Numbered from the stretch's first letter, positions 32,202-43,389 are shown. The stretch: DNA of 64,000 nt from Cyanobacteriota bacterium (GCA_046045965.1 JBJOKS010000003.1:64001-128000); one strand, 5' to 3'. Numbers and translations: made by a program. Notes: generated by a model not told the origin, from the letters alone.

Positions 32202-32927
32202 TTACAAATCCGAATAAATTTCTATACCTAATTGTTGTAACATTTGCCTTGCCTTAATAGAATGAAAACTACTAACAGGCAAATCCGTTAATAAACTGAC
32301 TAACCATTTTGGTGAGACTTTTTTATCATCAACTAATACGTACCAGGTTTGATAATTATAAGGTTTACCAGAACTTTCTATTAATCCCTGTCTAGCAATG
32401 ACCAAAATTTCAGCCTCACTTAAATTTAATTCAATACCTTTAAGCGTAGCTTTGCCTTTGATACTATTCTCTTTGGGAGTATGTAGGTATTCAGGAGGTT
32501 GACCATAAAGCCATTGATGTAATATTGAGAGCTTTTTACCTATTGTACCAGTAGCAATAGTCATAGTAAGATGCTCTGGTATATTTTTAGTATTAAATAT
32601 TTGTAAATAATCTTGACTCAAGCACAATAAACACCTGTGGTAAATTCCGCTTTGTAAAAATTCACGAAATTTAGCATTGACAGAAGACTGTAATTCTAGT
32701 GATCGCTTTTTATCCATCTTCTGATCATAATTAGGTATTAACTCATGACTAGATATCAGTCCAAACTTAGCAGACAGGATAAAAATATCTAAATTATGTG
32801 AAATTTGTTGCTGCAAAAACTTCCGTACCACACGAAATGCAACACCATTATAACGCTCAAGAGCAGGTAAATTTTCTACACTGCTATACTTAGATTTAGA
32901 ACAATTAATAATTAATAAATCTCTCAC
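32202..32927 (-). CDS. DUF6884/YaaA-like protein with C-terminal putative DNA-binding domain
   Basis: LIINCSKSK...PALERYNG..F...ILSAKFGLI....IPNYDQKM; C-terminal WYVLVDDKKVSPKWLVSLLT..F....ARQMLQQLGIEI. Confidence 0.72.
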   Translation of the reverse strand: MRDLLIINCSKSKYSSVENLPALERYNGVAFRVVRKFLQQQISHNLDIFILSAKFGLISSHELIPNYDQKMDKKRSLELQSSVNAKFREFLQSGIYHRCLLCLSQDYLQIFNTKNIPEHLTMTIATGTIGKKLSILHQWLYGQPPEYLHTPKENSIKGKATLKGIELNLSEAEILVIARQGLIESSGKPYNYQTWYVLVDDKKVSPKWLVSLLTDLPVSSFHSIKARQMLQQLGIEIYSDL

Positions 32928-33075
32928 TGATTTTAAAAATAGTAATAGTAAATTATACTATATTAATTGCATCATAAATTATATTATAAGAATTAGTGAG
33001 AAAACCCAAAGATAAACTAACCTGTAAAAATATTACATGATTGATATATAATTTATAACAAGGAGGTATTTTTAT

Positions 33076-33306
33076 ATGATGACTCTACAAGAAATTATCA
33101 ACTCTATTGAAAGTTTACCTATAGAAGACAGGGAGTATTTATTTGAGTTTCTCCGTCAACAAAGAGTAGAAAATCGCCGTTTAGAAATCTTAGCTAATGC
33201 CAAAGAAGTAACAGAAGCATTTAAAAATGGTACTGCAAAAAGGGGAAGTGTAGATGATTTGATTGCTGATTTACTAGGAGATGATGATGGAAGTTGTCTG
33301 GAGTAG
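33076..33306 (+). CDS. Putative type II antitoxin
   Basis: AGGAGG RBS; small helical protein ending in KRGSVDDLIADL; overlaps the toxin gene. Confidence 0.75.
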   Translation: MMTLQEIINSIESLPIEDREYLFEFLRQQRVENRRLEILANAKEVTEAFKNGTAKRGSVDDLIADLLGDDDGSCLE

Positions 33307-33568
33307 TGGATTCAAGCGATCTTTTAAGAAGATTATCAAGAAAAATCCGCAATTAAAAAATAAAATTATTGATGTCTTAAATCTCTTAGCAGATGACCCA
33401 TTTACACCATCTTTAAAGTCTCATAAATTAGGAGGAGATTTAGCGGGTTTGTGGTCTTGTTCTGTTACTTATGATTGTAGAATTATTTTTAATTTCTCTG
33501 AGGATGAGCAGTTGTTAGAAATGGTTATTTTATTGATTGATATTGGCAGCCACGACGAAGTTTATTAA
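33281..33568 (+). CDS. RelE/YafQ-family mRNA interferase toxin
   Basis: WSSGFKRSFKK, PSLKSHKLGG.L.GLWSCSV.YD.RIIF, DIGSHDEVY. Confidence 0.88.
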   Translation: MMMEVVWSSGFKRSFKKIIKKNPQLKNKIIDVLNLLADDPFTPSLKSHKLGGDLAGLWSCSVTYDCRIIFNFSEDEQLLEMVILLIDIGSHDEVY

Positions 33569-33644
33569 ATAGTAATGCAAATTGCTAATCATCTCATTGA
33601 AACTGCTAATAGCTAATTGTAATGTGTAATGAAATCCCAGTTTT

Positions 33645-33838
33645 CATCCTGTAAATCCTCAAATCCTGGAAATCCTGATTCTGACAATGGAAAACCCTAT
33701 ATAATATGCGCCCACAGTTTCCCACTTATAACATAAGTCTACAATATATTTTTCAGCTTGTCAAGTCTTGAAGCAAAACAAAAATGGAAAAAGCTCAATC
33801 CTGAAAATCCTAAAATCCTGGACATCCTGATTCTGACA
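33645..33838 (-). repeat. Second copy of promoter-leader-CAGGAT element with a flanking TGTCAGAATCAGGAT repeat unit
   Basis: Reverse complement of 33645-33772 aligns with 6260-6386; minus-strand TTGACA (33759-33764), 17 nt, TAGACT (33736-33741); extra repeat unit at 33797-33838. Confidence 0.8.
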
Positions 33839-33873
33839 AAGTAGGGTGAGCATAACCCACCCCACATTTAAAT

Positions 33874-34878
33874 CTAACCAGCAGCTACCATTTCACTCTC
33901 TAAACGAGCTAATCTTTCAGCCAATAATTGCTCTAAAGTAATTAAAGCCTTGGTGAAACCATCAATACCTTCTGCTAATTTATCAGATGCCATCCGGTCA
34001 GCAGCGTGCATCTTATCAAAAGTGGCTTTATCAACAGAGATTTTTTCAATAGACAAACTTGCTGTTTTCGCAGGATCAAGTTTGCGGGGTAATGCTGCAA
34101 CAGTATTTTGCAATTCTGTTAATAGACCAGGAGAAATAGTCAACAAATCACAACCAGCAAGTTCAGTAATTTCGCCAATGTTACGGAAACTAGCACCCAT
34201 AACTTCAGTCTTATAACCAAACTTCTTATAGTAGTTATAAATCTTAGTTACAGACAATACACCAGGGTCTTCCGCAGCAGGATAGCTATCCCGTCCGGTA
34301 TCTTTCTTATACCAATCAAGAATACGACCCACAAAAGGAGAAATCAGAGTAATACCAGCTTCAGCACAGGCGATCGCTTGGTGAACACCAAATAACAAAG
34401 TTAGGTTACAGTGAATACCTTCTTTTTCCAAAATTTCCGCAGCTTTGATACCTTCCCAAGTCGCGGCAATTTTAATCAAAACCCGTTCTTTAGAAATACC
34501 AGCCGCCTTATACTGAGCAATTAGATCCCGTGCTTTTGCTACAGTCGCATCTGTATCATAGGATAAACGAGCATCTACCTCAGTAGAAACACGACCGGGG
34601 ATAATTTGCAAAATTTTCAAACCAAAAGAAACCGCCAAACGGTCAAAAGCCAAAGAAACTACCTCTGCTTGGGTAGCCTTAGAACCAGCATCTTTTTTAG
34701 CTTTGATTAAAGTTTGATCAACAATATCCTGATATTCCGGCATTTGTGCCGCAGCAGTAATCAAAGAAGGATTGGTAGTAGCATCTTGGGGTTTAAACTG
34801 TTCAATTGCTTGGATGTCCCCAGTATCAGCCACAACAACGGTAACTTCCCGCAACTGTTCCAGTAAATTCTTAGACAT
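33874..34878 (-). CDS. tal: Transaldolase
   Basis: [48 protein letters not shown]. Confidence 0.98.
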   Translation of the reverse strand: MSKNLLEQLREVTVVVADTGDIQAIEQFKPQDATTNPSLITAAAQMPEYQDIVDQTLIKAKKDAGSKATQAEVVSLAFDRLAVSFGLKILQIIPGRVSTEVDARLSYDTDATVAKARDLIAQYKAAGISKERVLIKIAATWEGIKAAEILEKEGIHCNLTLLFGVHQAIACAEAGITLISPFVGRILDWYKKDTGRDSYPAAEDPGVLSVTKIYNYYKKFGYKTEVMGASFRNIGEITELAGCDLLTISPGLLTELQNTVAALPRKLDPAKTASLSIEKISVDKATFDKMHAADRMASDKLAEGIDGFTKALITLEQLLAERLARLESEMVAAG

Positions 34879-35032
34879 AAAATACTCCGTGAATTTTTTT
34901 GGTTTAGGATTTACCCAATCCCCATTTATTTAAACTCTTTGATCTTCCACACAATTCCGATTCTGGCAATTTTTCTTAACGATTGCCTAATTTTCCTGAC
35001 TTAGTTTAGGCTTCAGCCCCATTTTAGAAGAC

Positions 35033-36466
35033 TCAAGCTGTAATTGGCTGTCCAATAGAATGCACTTTAATTAAACTGGTTGTTCCTGATTGACCAACTG
35101 GGACACCAGAAGTAATTACCACCTTGTCACCCTTTTTCACAAAACCCCTCTCAACCACAGTGTTTACCACATTTGTAAACATTTCCTCTGCATGATGAAC
35201 AGGTTTTATTAGCAAAGGTTCCACACCCCAAGATAAAGCTAACTGACGATAAGCAATAGCCTCAGAGGTGAGAGTAATAATCGGAGTCAGAGGACGATAT
35301 TTAGAAATCAATCTAGCTGTATTTCCAGAAGTGGTATTACAGAGAATACCTTTAGAACCCGTTTCATAAGCAATCCGACAAACCGCTTGAGCAACAGATT
35401 CCGTCACACTCAGACGACCGGCTTCATGATTCCAGGTATGTCTAGCACCTGCTTGGAGTACCTTTTCTGTTTGTACAGCGATATTGTGCATAGTTTGAAC
35501 CGCCGCAATCGGATAGTCACCCACCGCAGTTTCCCCAGACAACATCACCGCATCCGTACCATCTAAAATAGAATTAGCTACGTCCGTAGCTTCCGCACGG
35601 GTAGGGTCAGGGGCGCTAATCATCGACTCTAACATTTGGGTGGCCGTAATCACCGGTTTACCAACCAGATTACAGAGACGAGTGATATCTTTTTGAATTA
35701 GAGGGACTTGGTGAATTGGCATTTCTACCCCCAAATCACCACGTGCAATCATAATCGCATCGGCAACTTCGAGGATATCATTTAGCTGTGCTACAGCTTC
35801 AGGGCGTTCAATTTTAGCAATCAGGCGAATTTTAGCAGCAGCAGCTTCAATCATGCGTTTTGCAGGTTCTAAGTCTTGAGGCGATCGCACAAATGAAACT
35901 GCCACCCAGTCTACACCCAACTGAATGCCAAACCGCAAATCCATCAAATCCTTTTCAGTGATTGAACTTACAGGTAAAGGCGTTGCAGGTAAATTCACAC
36001 CTTTATGAGTAGAAATCAATCCACCAATATCAACATGAGCGCGAATTTTATCAGCATCACGACTCGCTACAGTTAACTTGACCCGACCATCATTAATTAA
36101 GATCGGTTCACCAGTTCGCATCATCGCAAATAAGGTTGGTAGCGGTAGAGGTATTTCGTCAATACTTTCACCCTTCTCTTGTAGGAGAAAAGTAACTTCA
36201 CTACCAGCTTCCAGCATCAACCCTTCCGGTGGTAATTTCCCCAAACGAATTTTTGGACCACATAAATCTTGCAAAATAGCAACAGGTCTTTGTAACTCAT
36301 CACTAATGCGTCGTAAATGATGAAAAGTTTGGGCGTGGTCTTCATAAGCCCCATGAGAAAAATTCAATCGTGCTACATTCATTCCCGCTTCTACCAAAGC
36401 TTGCAGCTTTTCAGGTGCAGAAGTAGCAGGACCAACAGTACAGATAATTTTGGTTCGACGCATCAT
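35033..36466 (-). CDS. pyk: Pyruvate kinase
   Basis: RRTKIICTVGP, ARLNFSHG, AKIE, ARGDLGVE, TQMLESM, MLSGETA; start moved to MMRRTK. Confidence 0.97.
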   Translation of the reverse strand: MMRRTKIICTVGPATSAPEKLQALVEAGMNVARLNFSHGAYEDHAQTFHHLRRISDELQRPVAILQDLCGPKIRLGKLPPEGLMLEAGSEVTFLLQEKGESIDEIPLPLPTLFAMMRTGEPILINDGRVKLTVASRDADKIRAHVDIGGLISTHKGVNLPATPLPVSSITEKDLMDLRFGIQLGVDWVAVSFVRSPQDLEPAKRMIEAAAAKIRLIAKIERPEAVAQLNDILEVADAIMIARGDLGVEMPIHQVPLIQKDITRLCNLVGKPVITATQMLESMISAPDPTRAEATDVANSILDGTDAVMLSGETAVGDYPIAAVQTMHNIAVQTEKVLQAGARHTWNHEAGRLSVTESVAQAVCRIAYETGSKGILCNTTSGNTARLISKYRPLTPIITLTSEAIAYRQLALSWGVEPLLIKPVHHAEEMFTNVVNTVVERGFVKKGDKVVITSGVPVGQSGTTSLIKVHSIGQPITA

Positions 36467-36517
36467 AAAAAGTAGGGGGTAACGGTCCAGGTAGTGCAAC
36501 CTCGTTAAGCCCTTACA

Positions 36518-36654
36518 GGAGGCAGGAGGCAGGAGGCAAGAGGCAAGAGGCAAGAGGCAAGAGGCAGAAGGCAGAGGAGAAGATTTTTCCCCCTTGCACC
36601 CTGCACCTTGCTCCTTTTCCTCTTAACTGTCACCTGTCACCTGTTCCCTGTTCC

Positions 36655-36655
<1 letters not shown>
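36518..36655. repeat. STRR arrays (GGCAAGA/GGCAGGA; CTGTCAC; CTGTTCC) between gap1 and pyk
   Basis: Tandem heptamers. Confidence 0.85.
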
Positions 36656-37671
<1,016 letters not shown>

Positions 37672-37858
37672 TTAACCTCCTGCTGTTTGTAGAGATGCAA
37701 CCAAGGATAATTGGCCGGGTTAATTCTAATCTGACTTAGCTGATTCTTACAGTTACAAAAGACATAAAGCCGATTTAGCTGATATATTTTAAGGTTTGGT
37801 GATTGATGATTGGTGATTGGTGATTGGGAAATACTCTGATTTATTCCCTGTTTCCTAA

Positions 37859-38455
37859 TTACTTGATAGCACTCGTTAAAATACCCATAATTTTATCAAC
37901 ATCATTTAAAAAATACTCAACCAAATCAACCTGCACTCGTTCACCCGATAACTTTAAAAACTTCCAAATCTCCCCAGTAGTCACTACACCATAAATTTCT
38001 GTAATTTCATTTTCTTCTCGTTCATTAAATAACTTAGCGGCATACATTTCTGCCATACATTGCCCTAAACCACCTTTAATATTTTCCTTCTTGGCTTCAA
38101 CAATTAAAATTACAGGTGCGTTAATCAATAAAAACTCAGGAGAACGAGTAATAATAAAATCGCAATTTCCGCTTAAACCCTGACTAGGATCAATATTAAA
38201 TTCTACACCAGAAAATAAACTAATTTCTTGAGATTTCTTTTTGGTTAACTCTAATAAAATTGGTGTGATAATCATCTCAGAACGAGATTTTTCTGTATTA
38301 CTAGCCAAAGCAAAAGGAACATTATAAGCTAACGTTTCCTGTAAATAATCACTAACTAGTAATGGTGCAACTTCAGCAAAAATATTATCTCTCGTAGAAA
38401 TATTGAGATGCAGGTTTTTTTTGACAGTTTCTAAAGTAAAATCACTGTAAGACAT
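37859..38455 (-). CDS. PD-(D/E)xK nuclease-fold hypothetical protein
   Basis: TEKSRSE.II.PIL; LSGNCDF; IVEAKKE; GLGQC.AEM; YGVVTTGEIWKF. Confidence 0.8.
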   Translation of the reverse strand: MSYSDFTLETVKKNLHLNISTRDNIFAEVAPLLVSDYLQETLAYNVPFALASNTEKSRSEMIITPILLELTKKKSQEISLFSGVEFNIDPSQGLSGNCDFIITRSPEFLLINAPVILIVEAKKENIKGGLGQCMAEMYAAKLFNEREENEITEIYGVVTTGEIWKFLKLSGERVQVDLVEYFLNDVDKIMGILTSAIK

Positions 38456-38627
38456 TTAAGACTCCTCTTTGATTTTTACAGCTTCAGAATCAGATCATAA
38501 TGACATATAGCAGAAGTCACCGAGTCAGGATAAAAATTAATTATTCCCAATTCCCAGTCTCCAGTCCCCAATCCCCAGTCCCCAATCCCTGATAAAATTT
38601 TCAAGCACTACAGCCCTTTCATCCCCT

Positions 38628-39461
38628 ATGCTAACTGACTGGAAAACTGTTAGATCTTACGAAGATATCCTGTATCAAAAAATCGACGGGATCGCCAAAA
38701 TCACCATTAACCGTCCCCATAAACGCAACGCTTTCCGCCCGAAGACAGTCTTTGAATTATATGAAGCTTTTTGTGATGCCCGTGAAGATACAAGTATTGG
38801 TGTAGTGCTGTTTACGGGTGCAGGTCCCCATACAGATGGGAAATATGCTTTCTGTTCGGGAGGTGATCAAAGTGTACGCGGACAAGCTGGTTATGTTGAT
38901 GATGCTGGGATACCCCGCTTAAATGTGTTGGACTTGCAACGTCTCATTCGTTCTATGCCAAAGGTAGTAATTGCCTTAGTAGCTGGCTATGCTATTGGTG
39001 GCGGTCATGTTTTACATTTAATTTGTGACCTAACCATAGCTGCGGATAATGCTATTTTTGGACAAACCGGACCGAAAGTTGGCAGTTTTGACGGTGGTTT
39101 TGGTGCAAGTTATCTAGCGCGGATAGTTGGACAAAAGAAAGCACGGGAAATTTGGTTTCTCTGTCGTCAATATAATGCCCAACAAGCTTTAGATATGGGA
39201 TTAGTTAATACTGTAGTTCCTGTGGAAGAACTGGAAGCGGAAGGGATAAAATGGGCGCAAGAAATATTAGAAAAAAGTCCGATCGCGATTCGTTGTTTAA
39301 AGGCAGCATTTAACGCTGACTGTGACGGACAAGCAGGTTTACAAGAACTTGCTGGCAACGCTACCTTACTTTACTACATGACAGAAGAAGGTGCTGAGGG
39401 CAAACAAGCCTTTCTAGAAAAACGTCCCCCTAATTTTCGGGACTTTCCTTGGTTGCCTTAA
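38628..39461 (+). CDS. menB: 1,4-dihydroxy-2-naphthoyl-CoA synthase
   Basis: [39 protein letters not shown]. Confidence 0.97.
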   Translation: MLTDWKTVRSYEDILYQKIDGIAKITINRPHKRNAFRPKTVFELYEAFCDAREDTSIGVVLFTGAGPHTDGKYAFCSGGDQSVRGQAGYVDDAGIPRLNVLDLQRLIRSMPKVVIALVAGYAIGGGHVLHLICDLTIAADNAIFGQTGPKVGSFDGGFGASYLARIVGQKKAREIWFLCRQYNAQQALDMGLVNTVVPVEELEAEGIKWAQEILEKSPIAIRCLKAAFNADCDGQAGLQELAGNATLLYYMTEEGAEGKQAFLEKRPPNFRDFPWLP

Positions 39462-39578
39462 CTATCCTTAAAAGCGCACCTTACCTACAGGTGCGATGTT
39501 TATCAAATTTTAAAGGCAAATCTTATATTTAGCGGTCTTAACGCGGATAAAAAAACTTATTAAAGTAATAACAGACAT

Positions 39579-39893
39579 TTAAACAACTAAAGCTTTAGTT
39601 TTTACCTCTGGTAATGAGGAAGCAGATATTTCTTCAACTGGTGTAAGTGTGAGATTTTCTAAATCGGAATTTAGGGTAGCAGCAACGGGTAACATTGGTT
39701 TTGCTACTGGTAAACTCCAAGCATCTTCTAAAGATTCCCATGAAGGTGCAAAGGCGGGGATCGCTAAAGAGCAAGCTTTCCAACCCGCTTGTACTGGTGC
39801 GCTCAACTGTTGACACATACCACCACGACGACCCTCTGGTTGGTAATGACGGCAGTATTTACAGGCAGATGTTACAGGGTTAATTGGTTTCAT
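39579..39893 (-). CDS. Conserved cyanobacterial Cys-rich hypothetical protein
   Basis: CKYCRHYQPEGRRGGMCQQL...W.AC motif. Confidence 0.75.
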   Translation of the reverse strand: MKPINPVTSACKYCRHYQPEGRRGGMCQQLSAPVQAGWKACSLAIPAFAPSWESLEDAWSLPVAKPMLPVAATLNSDLENLTLTPVEEISASSLPEVKTKALVV

Positions 39894-40255
39894 GAGCTTT
39901 CATCTTGAGTGCGATTTAGGGGTACTGATCACACTTATATTTTGCTTCTATGACAAAATAGGTATAAAAGCCAAAAAGTGATTATCTGATCAGGGTTTCA
40001 GCTATTTTTATCAGAAAATAAACTTTAGGATGTCTTTATAATCTTGTTATATATGTAAATGATCGCTAGAGTAACTACATACTTGTTCTTGCCTAAAACG
40101 TATTGGGGATCAAGGTTAAAAGTTTAGCTTTAGATTCAGCCAGGGTTTAATATTTCTAGTTTACATACCGTAAAATCCCTGTTTATGTGAAGAGAATAGG
40201 CAACAGGTGACAGGTGACAGGGAGGTGAAAAATTAATTCTTTCTCCTGACTCCTC

Positions 40256-40831
40256 CTATTCCCTATTCCCTATTCCCTTATTCATGAATTTAGGTGAACA
40301 GAGAGAACAAACACCCCAGCGTTGGAGTTCACCTGGAGGACAGGGACATTGACATTGTGGACAAAGGGGTAAATTACGCGATCGCTCTTGTCTGGTTCTA
40401 GCCCAATCTTCAAAAACCGTTTTCGCATTTTTGCTATTCTCAGTAATGGGTTTAATTTCAGACTCAGAAAAACCCTCACCCAAGTAACTGGGGTGTTCTT
40501 GGGGTAAAAAAGTTTGTTGCTGGTTGCTTGGTAATGCTGTTCGCTTCCACTCCGCAGTGGAAAACCGCATATCGATCAAAGGCGTAGGTAACTTTTGATT
40601 TAACTTTAACAGTAGGGCTTTACGTCCAAAAGTCAAATTTTGCGCCCAAGCAGCACTAGAAGTTGCTACCCACAAAATATCACGCTGAATGGATAATGGC
40701 CGGGTTTGTGCGGCAACTTTAGCCCCAACAATGTCTTCCCAACACTTAAGCAAGAGTTGAAAAGGTTGTTCTTCTCTTATGGCTTCCAGGTTGAGAATTC
40801 CTAAAATATCATTGGCTGATTTCAACGACAT
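40256..40831 (-). CDS. DUF721/DciA family protein with C-terminal zinc ribbon
   Basis: WEDIVG..VAAQTRP...L.V.TSSAAWAQNL; CPQC...W.VCSLC. Confidence 0.88.
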   Translation of the reverse strand: MSLKSANDILGILNLEAIREEQPFQLLLKCWEDIVGAKVAAQTRPLSIQRDILWVATSSAAWAQNLTFGRKALLLKLNQKLPTPLIDMRFSTAEWKRTALPSNQQQTFLPQEHPSYLGEGFSESEIKPITENSKNAKTVFEDWARTRQERSRNLPLCPQCQCPCPPGELQRWGVCSLCSPKFMNKGIGNRE

Positions 40832-41043
40832 CTTTATTTATCAAGCAAAAATTTATCAGAAATTAGGCTGAAAACCCCAGAATGCCTGATTGAAATCCCA
40901 AAAAGATTTCCAGAAGGTATGTCTTTTAGGTTTCGGGGATGTAGCAAGATCCCGTAGCTTGCGTGGCGAAGCCATAGGGTAAGCTGACTAATAGCTTTAG
41001 CCCTCAGTGACATTCCGCTCAGTTCAATCTCCATATTTACATA

Positions 41044-41163
41044 TAAGTAGGTTGGCGTTAAAATTTGTCGTTATGACAAGGTAAGAGGCAAAAGGCAAGA
41101 GTGAAGAGGTTTTTAGGCTAATTTACATTTTGTTACATACTTTTTTTCACGTCGTTATACTTA
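41044..41163. mobile_element. ~120-bp MITE-like element, copy 1
   Basis: Begins TAAGTAGGTTGGCGTTAAAA, ends CGTTATACTTA; homologous to 47648-47778. Confidence 0.65.
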
Positions 41164-41377
41164 ATCCATCTTGGTCTAAAATAACAACATTATTCTTAAA
41201 GAGGTGATATTTCTGTACAAATGCCAGCAAAATCTAATTAAACCAGATAAATTTGCTTCAATCCCATTCTTTTAAGGGTTGGTTCCTCCTGCCTCCTGCC
41301 TCCTATCTCCTGCCTCCTGAAGATACCAGGTAGTTAGAAAATTCATCCAGCAGTATCACCTTTAAGGCATCGTGGCC

Positions 41378-42583
41378 ATGAGTCAAAATCCCACAATTGA
41401 TCCTCGTACTCCATCCTCTAAAACCTCTGGTTTAAAGCCGGCACTAGCCACAGCACTAGGAAGTTTAGAAGTGCAGTTAGATCAAGAGTTAACTCGATAT
41501 CGACGCGCACGCAACGGAGTCAGGCAACCAAAAAAAGTTAGTGTACAAAGTTACATTCCTAATCCACCTCAACAGTTAAATACTATGACTGGGACATTAG
41601 GAATAACTCAGCCCTTGGTGGCAGAAGTTAACACTAACGCGATCGCTCCAGAAAATCCAGGTTTAGAAATAGAAAAACAGGAAGAAATAAATCCTTTCCC
41701 ACTTGCTTCTGCCCAAGACTCTACCACAGCCCCAAGCCTACCATTTCCACCTCCACCACCTCCAGTCAGGGCAAAGTCTATCAGTAGTATAGTACCCACA
41801 AAGCCCAAGGCTAGTGAAAGTGAAACTCTCGTCTCAGCAAATGATACTCCCCAACACCCAGATGATTATTTAGAATCGAGTGAAGCACTGCTGCGAAGTC
41901 TCCAAGAAGAACAACCACAAACCAAGAAATCAAGTAATTCCAATGACAGTCTGCTGTCACCGTTGGGTATTGGTTCTATACTGTTGCTGCTATTGGCTAG
42001 TTTGACTTTAGGCTATGTAGTATTTAATCCCCAAACTTTGCCAAAGTTGAATTTAAGTAAATTATTTAACTGGATATCGCCACCAACTGAGGAAAATACT
42101 GGAGTAGCTGAGAATAATTCTTCGGCTATAGCTCAACCAAACATTACGCCTATCCCCAAATATCCTAACTTGGCGGCTCGTGAGTTTCCACAGGTGAAAG
42201 ATCCTAATGATATCGTGGGTTTAAAACCTAAAGTTAGACCAACCCCAACAACTATTCCCAAACCCATAACCATTGAAACACCAATCAAACCAGTAGTTCT
42301 GCCAAGTTTACTTCCCAATGTCTCAGCTACACCCCAGCCTCAGCAAACCTTACCAGGACTGAATGCAGAAATCAAACCATCAGCGGATGGGTATTATTAT
42401 TTAGTGGCTGATAATCAAGGCGATGGTGCTTTAGCTGCGGTGCGGCAGGTTGTTCCTGATGCTTATTTATCAGATGGACAAAAGTATATTTATCTTGGTG
42501 CGTTGAAGACCAAAGAAGAAGTAAATCAGAGATTGCAGCAACTACAGGCAAAAGGCATTAAAGCCCGTGTACGGCAACCATGA
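41378..42583 (+). CDS. Pro-rich single-pass membrane protein, possible C-terminal SPOR-like domain
   Basis: ALGSLEVQLDQELTRYRR; DDYLESSEALLRSL; TM LSPLGIGSILLLLL; C-terminal VPDAYL..IYLGA..LQAKGIKA. Confidence 0.8.
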   Translation: MSQNPTIDPRTPSSKTSGLKPALATALGSLEVQLDQELTRYRRARNGVRQPKKVSVQSYIPNPPQQLNTMTGTLGITQPLVAEVNTNAIAPENPGLEIEKQEEINPFPLASAQDSTTAPSLPFPPPPPPVRAKSISSIVPTKPKASESETLVSANDTPQHPDDYLESSEALLRSLQEEQPQTKKSSNSNDSLLSPLGIGSILLLLLASLTLGYVVFNPQTLPKLNLSKLFNWISPPTEENTGVAENNSSAIAQPNITPIPKYPNLAAREFPQVKDPNDIVGLKPKVRPTPTTIPKPITIETPIKPVVLPSLLPNVSATPQPQQTLPGLNAEIKPSADGYYYLVADNQGDGALAAVRQVVPDAYLSDGQKYIYLGALKTKEEVNQRLQQLQAKGIKARVRQP

Positions 42584-42654
42584 GGGTAATTGATAATTCA
42601 TAATAGGAAATATCCCCAATTTGCTGGTTGGTAGAAAGTATCGGAGCAACTAAG

Positions 42655-43389
42655 ATGGAAGTGATGAAGCGTATTCTGCGGGTGATTCGTGCTAACGTCA
42701 ATAGCTTGGTGAACGGTGCTGAAGATCCTGAAAAAATTTTAGAGCAAACCTTTCTGGAGATGCAGTCAAATTTGGTGCAGTTAAGACAGGGAGTAGCTCG
42801 TGCGATCGCTACTCAAAAACGCACTGAACGCCAAGCACTCGCTGCTGAGTCTCAAGCTCAAGAGTGGTATCGTCGCGCTCAAATGGCTCTACAACAAGGT
42901 AACGAAGCCCTAGCACGGGAAGCTCTCAGCAAACGTCAAACTTACCAGCAAACTGCTACAACCCTATTCGAGCAAATAGAACAGCAAAAACAAGTTGTGG
43001 ATAAGCTAAAACAGGATATGGGTCGTTTGGAGTTAAAAACCGCAGAGGTGAAAACTAAAAAAGATATGTACATTGCTCGCGCTCGTTCTGCCGAGGCATC
43101 CTCTAAAATTCAGGAAATGCTAGGGGGAATTTCTTCTACTTCCAGTTTGAGTGCATTAGAACGGATGGAAGATAAAGTTCTACAGATGGAAGCACAATCA
43201 GCAGCCATTAGTCAATTGGGTGGTGACAATCTGGAAACAAGATTTGCTAAGTTGAATTCTATTAATAATGTTGATGCTGAACTAGCAGCAATGAAAACCC
43301 AAATGTTAGATCAGGTAAATAACACACCGACCCAGAATAGCCTCTCAGGACAGCAAGTACCCACAACTCCCACAACTCCAGAGTGTTAA
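42655..43389 (+). CDS. PspA/IM30 family protein
   Basis: AEDPEKILEQ, coiled coil, ERMEDKV..MEA. Confidence 0.9.
   Translation: MEVMKRILRVIRANVNSLVNGAEDPEKILEQTFLEMQSNLVQLRQGVARAIATQKRTERQALAAESQAQEWYRRAQMALQQGNEALAREALSKRQTYQQTATTLFEQIEQQKQVVDKLKQDMGRLELKTAEVKTKKDMYIARARSAEASSKIQEMLGGISSTSSLSALERMEDKVLQMEAQSAAISQLGGDNLETRFAKLNSINNVDAELAAMKTQMLDQVNNTPTQNSLSGQQVPTTPTTPEC

Noticed and set aside
27935..32927. Canonical Dpd island or housekeeping tgt plus herA-nurA repair operon
   Set aside because: No dpdB, dpdD-K or que genes in the window, no mre11/rad50 (sbcCD) neighbours, and the TGT motifs differ from housekeeping Tgt
27860..33640. Integrative element with att sites
   Set aside because: No integrase, transposase, tRNA or flanking direct repeats seen
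36467..36553. N-terminal extension of pyruvate kinase in the ORF track
   Set aside because: Encoded partly by STRR repeats; homology starts at MMRRTK
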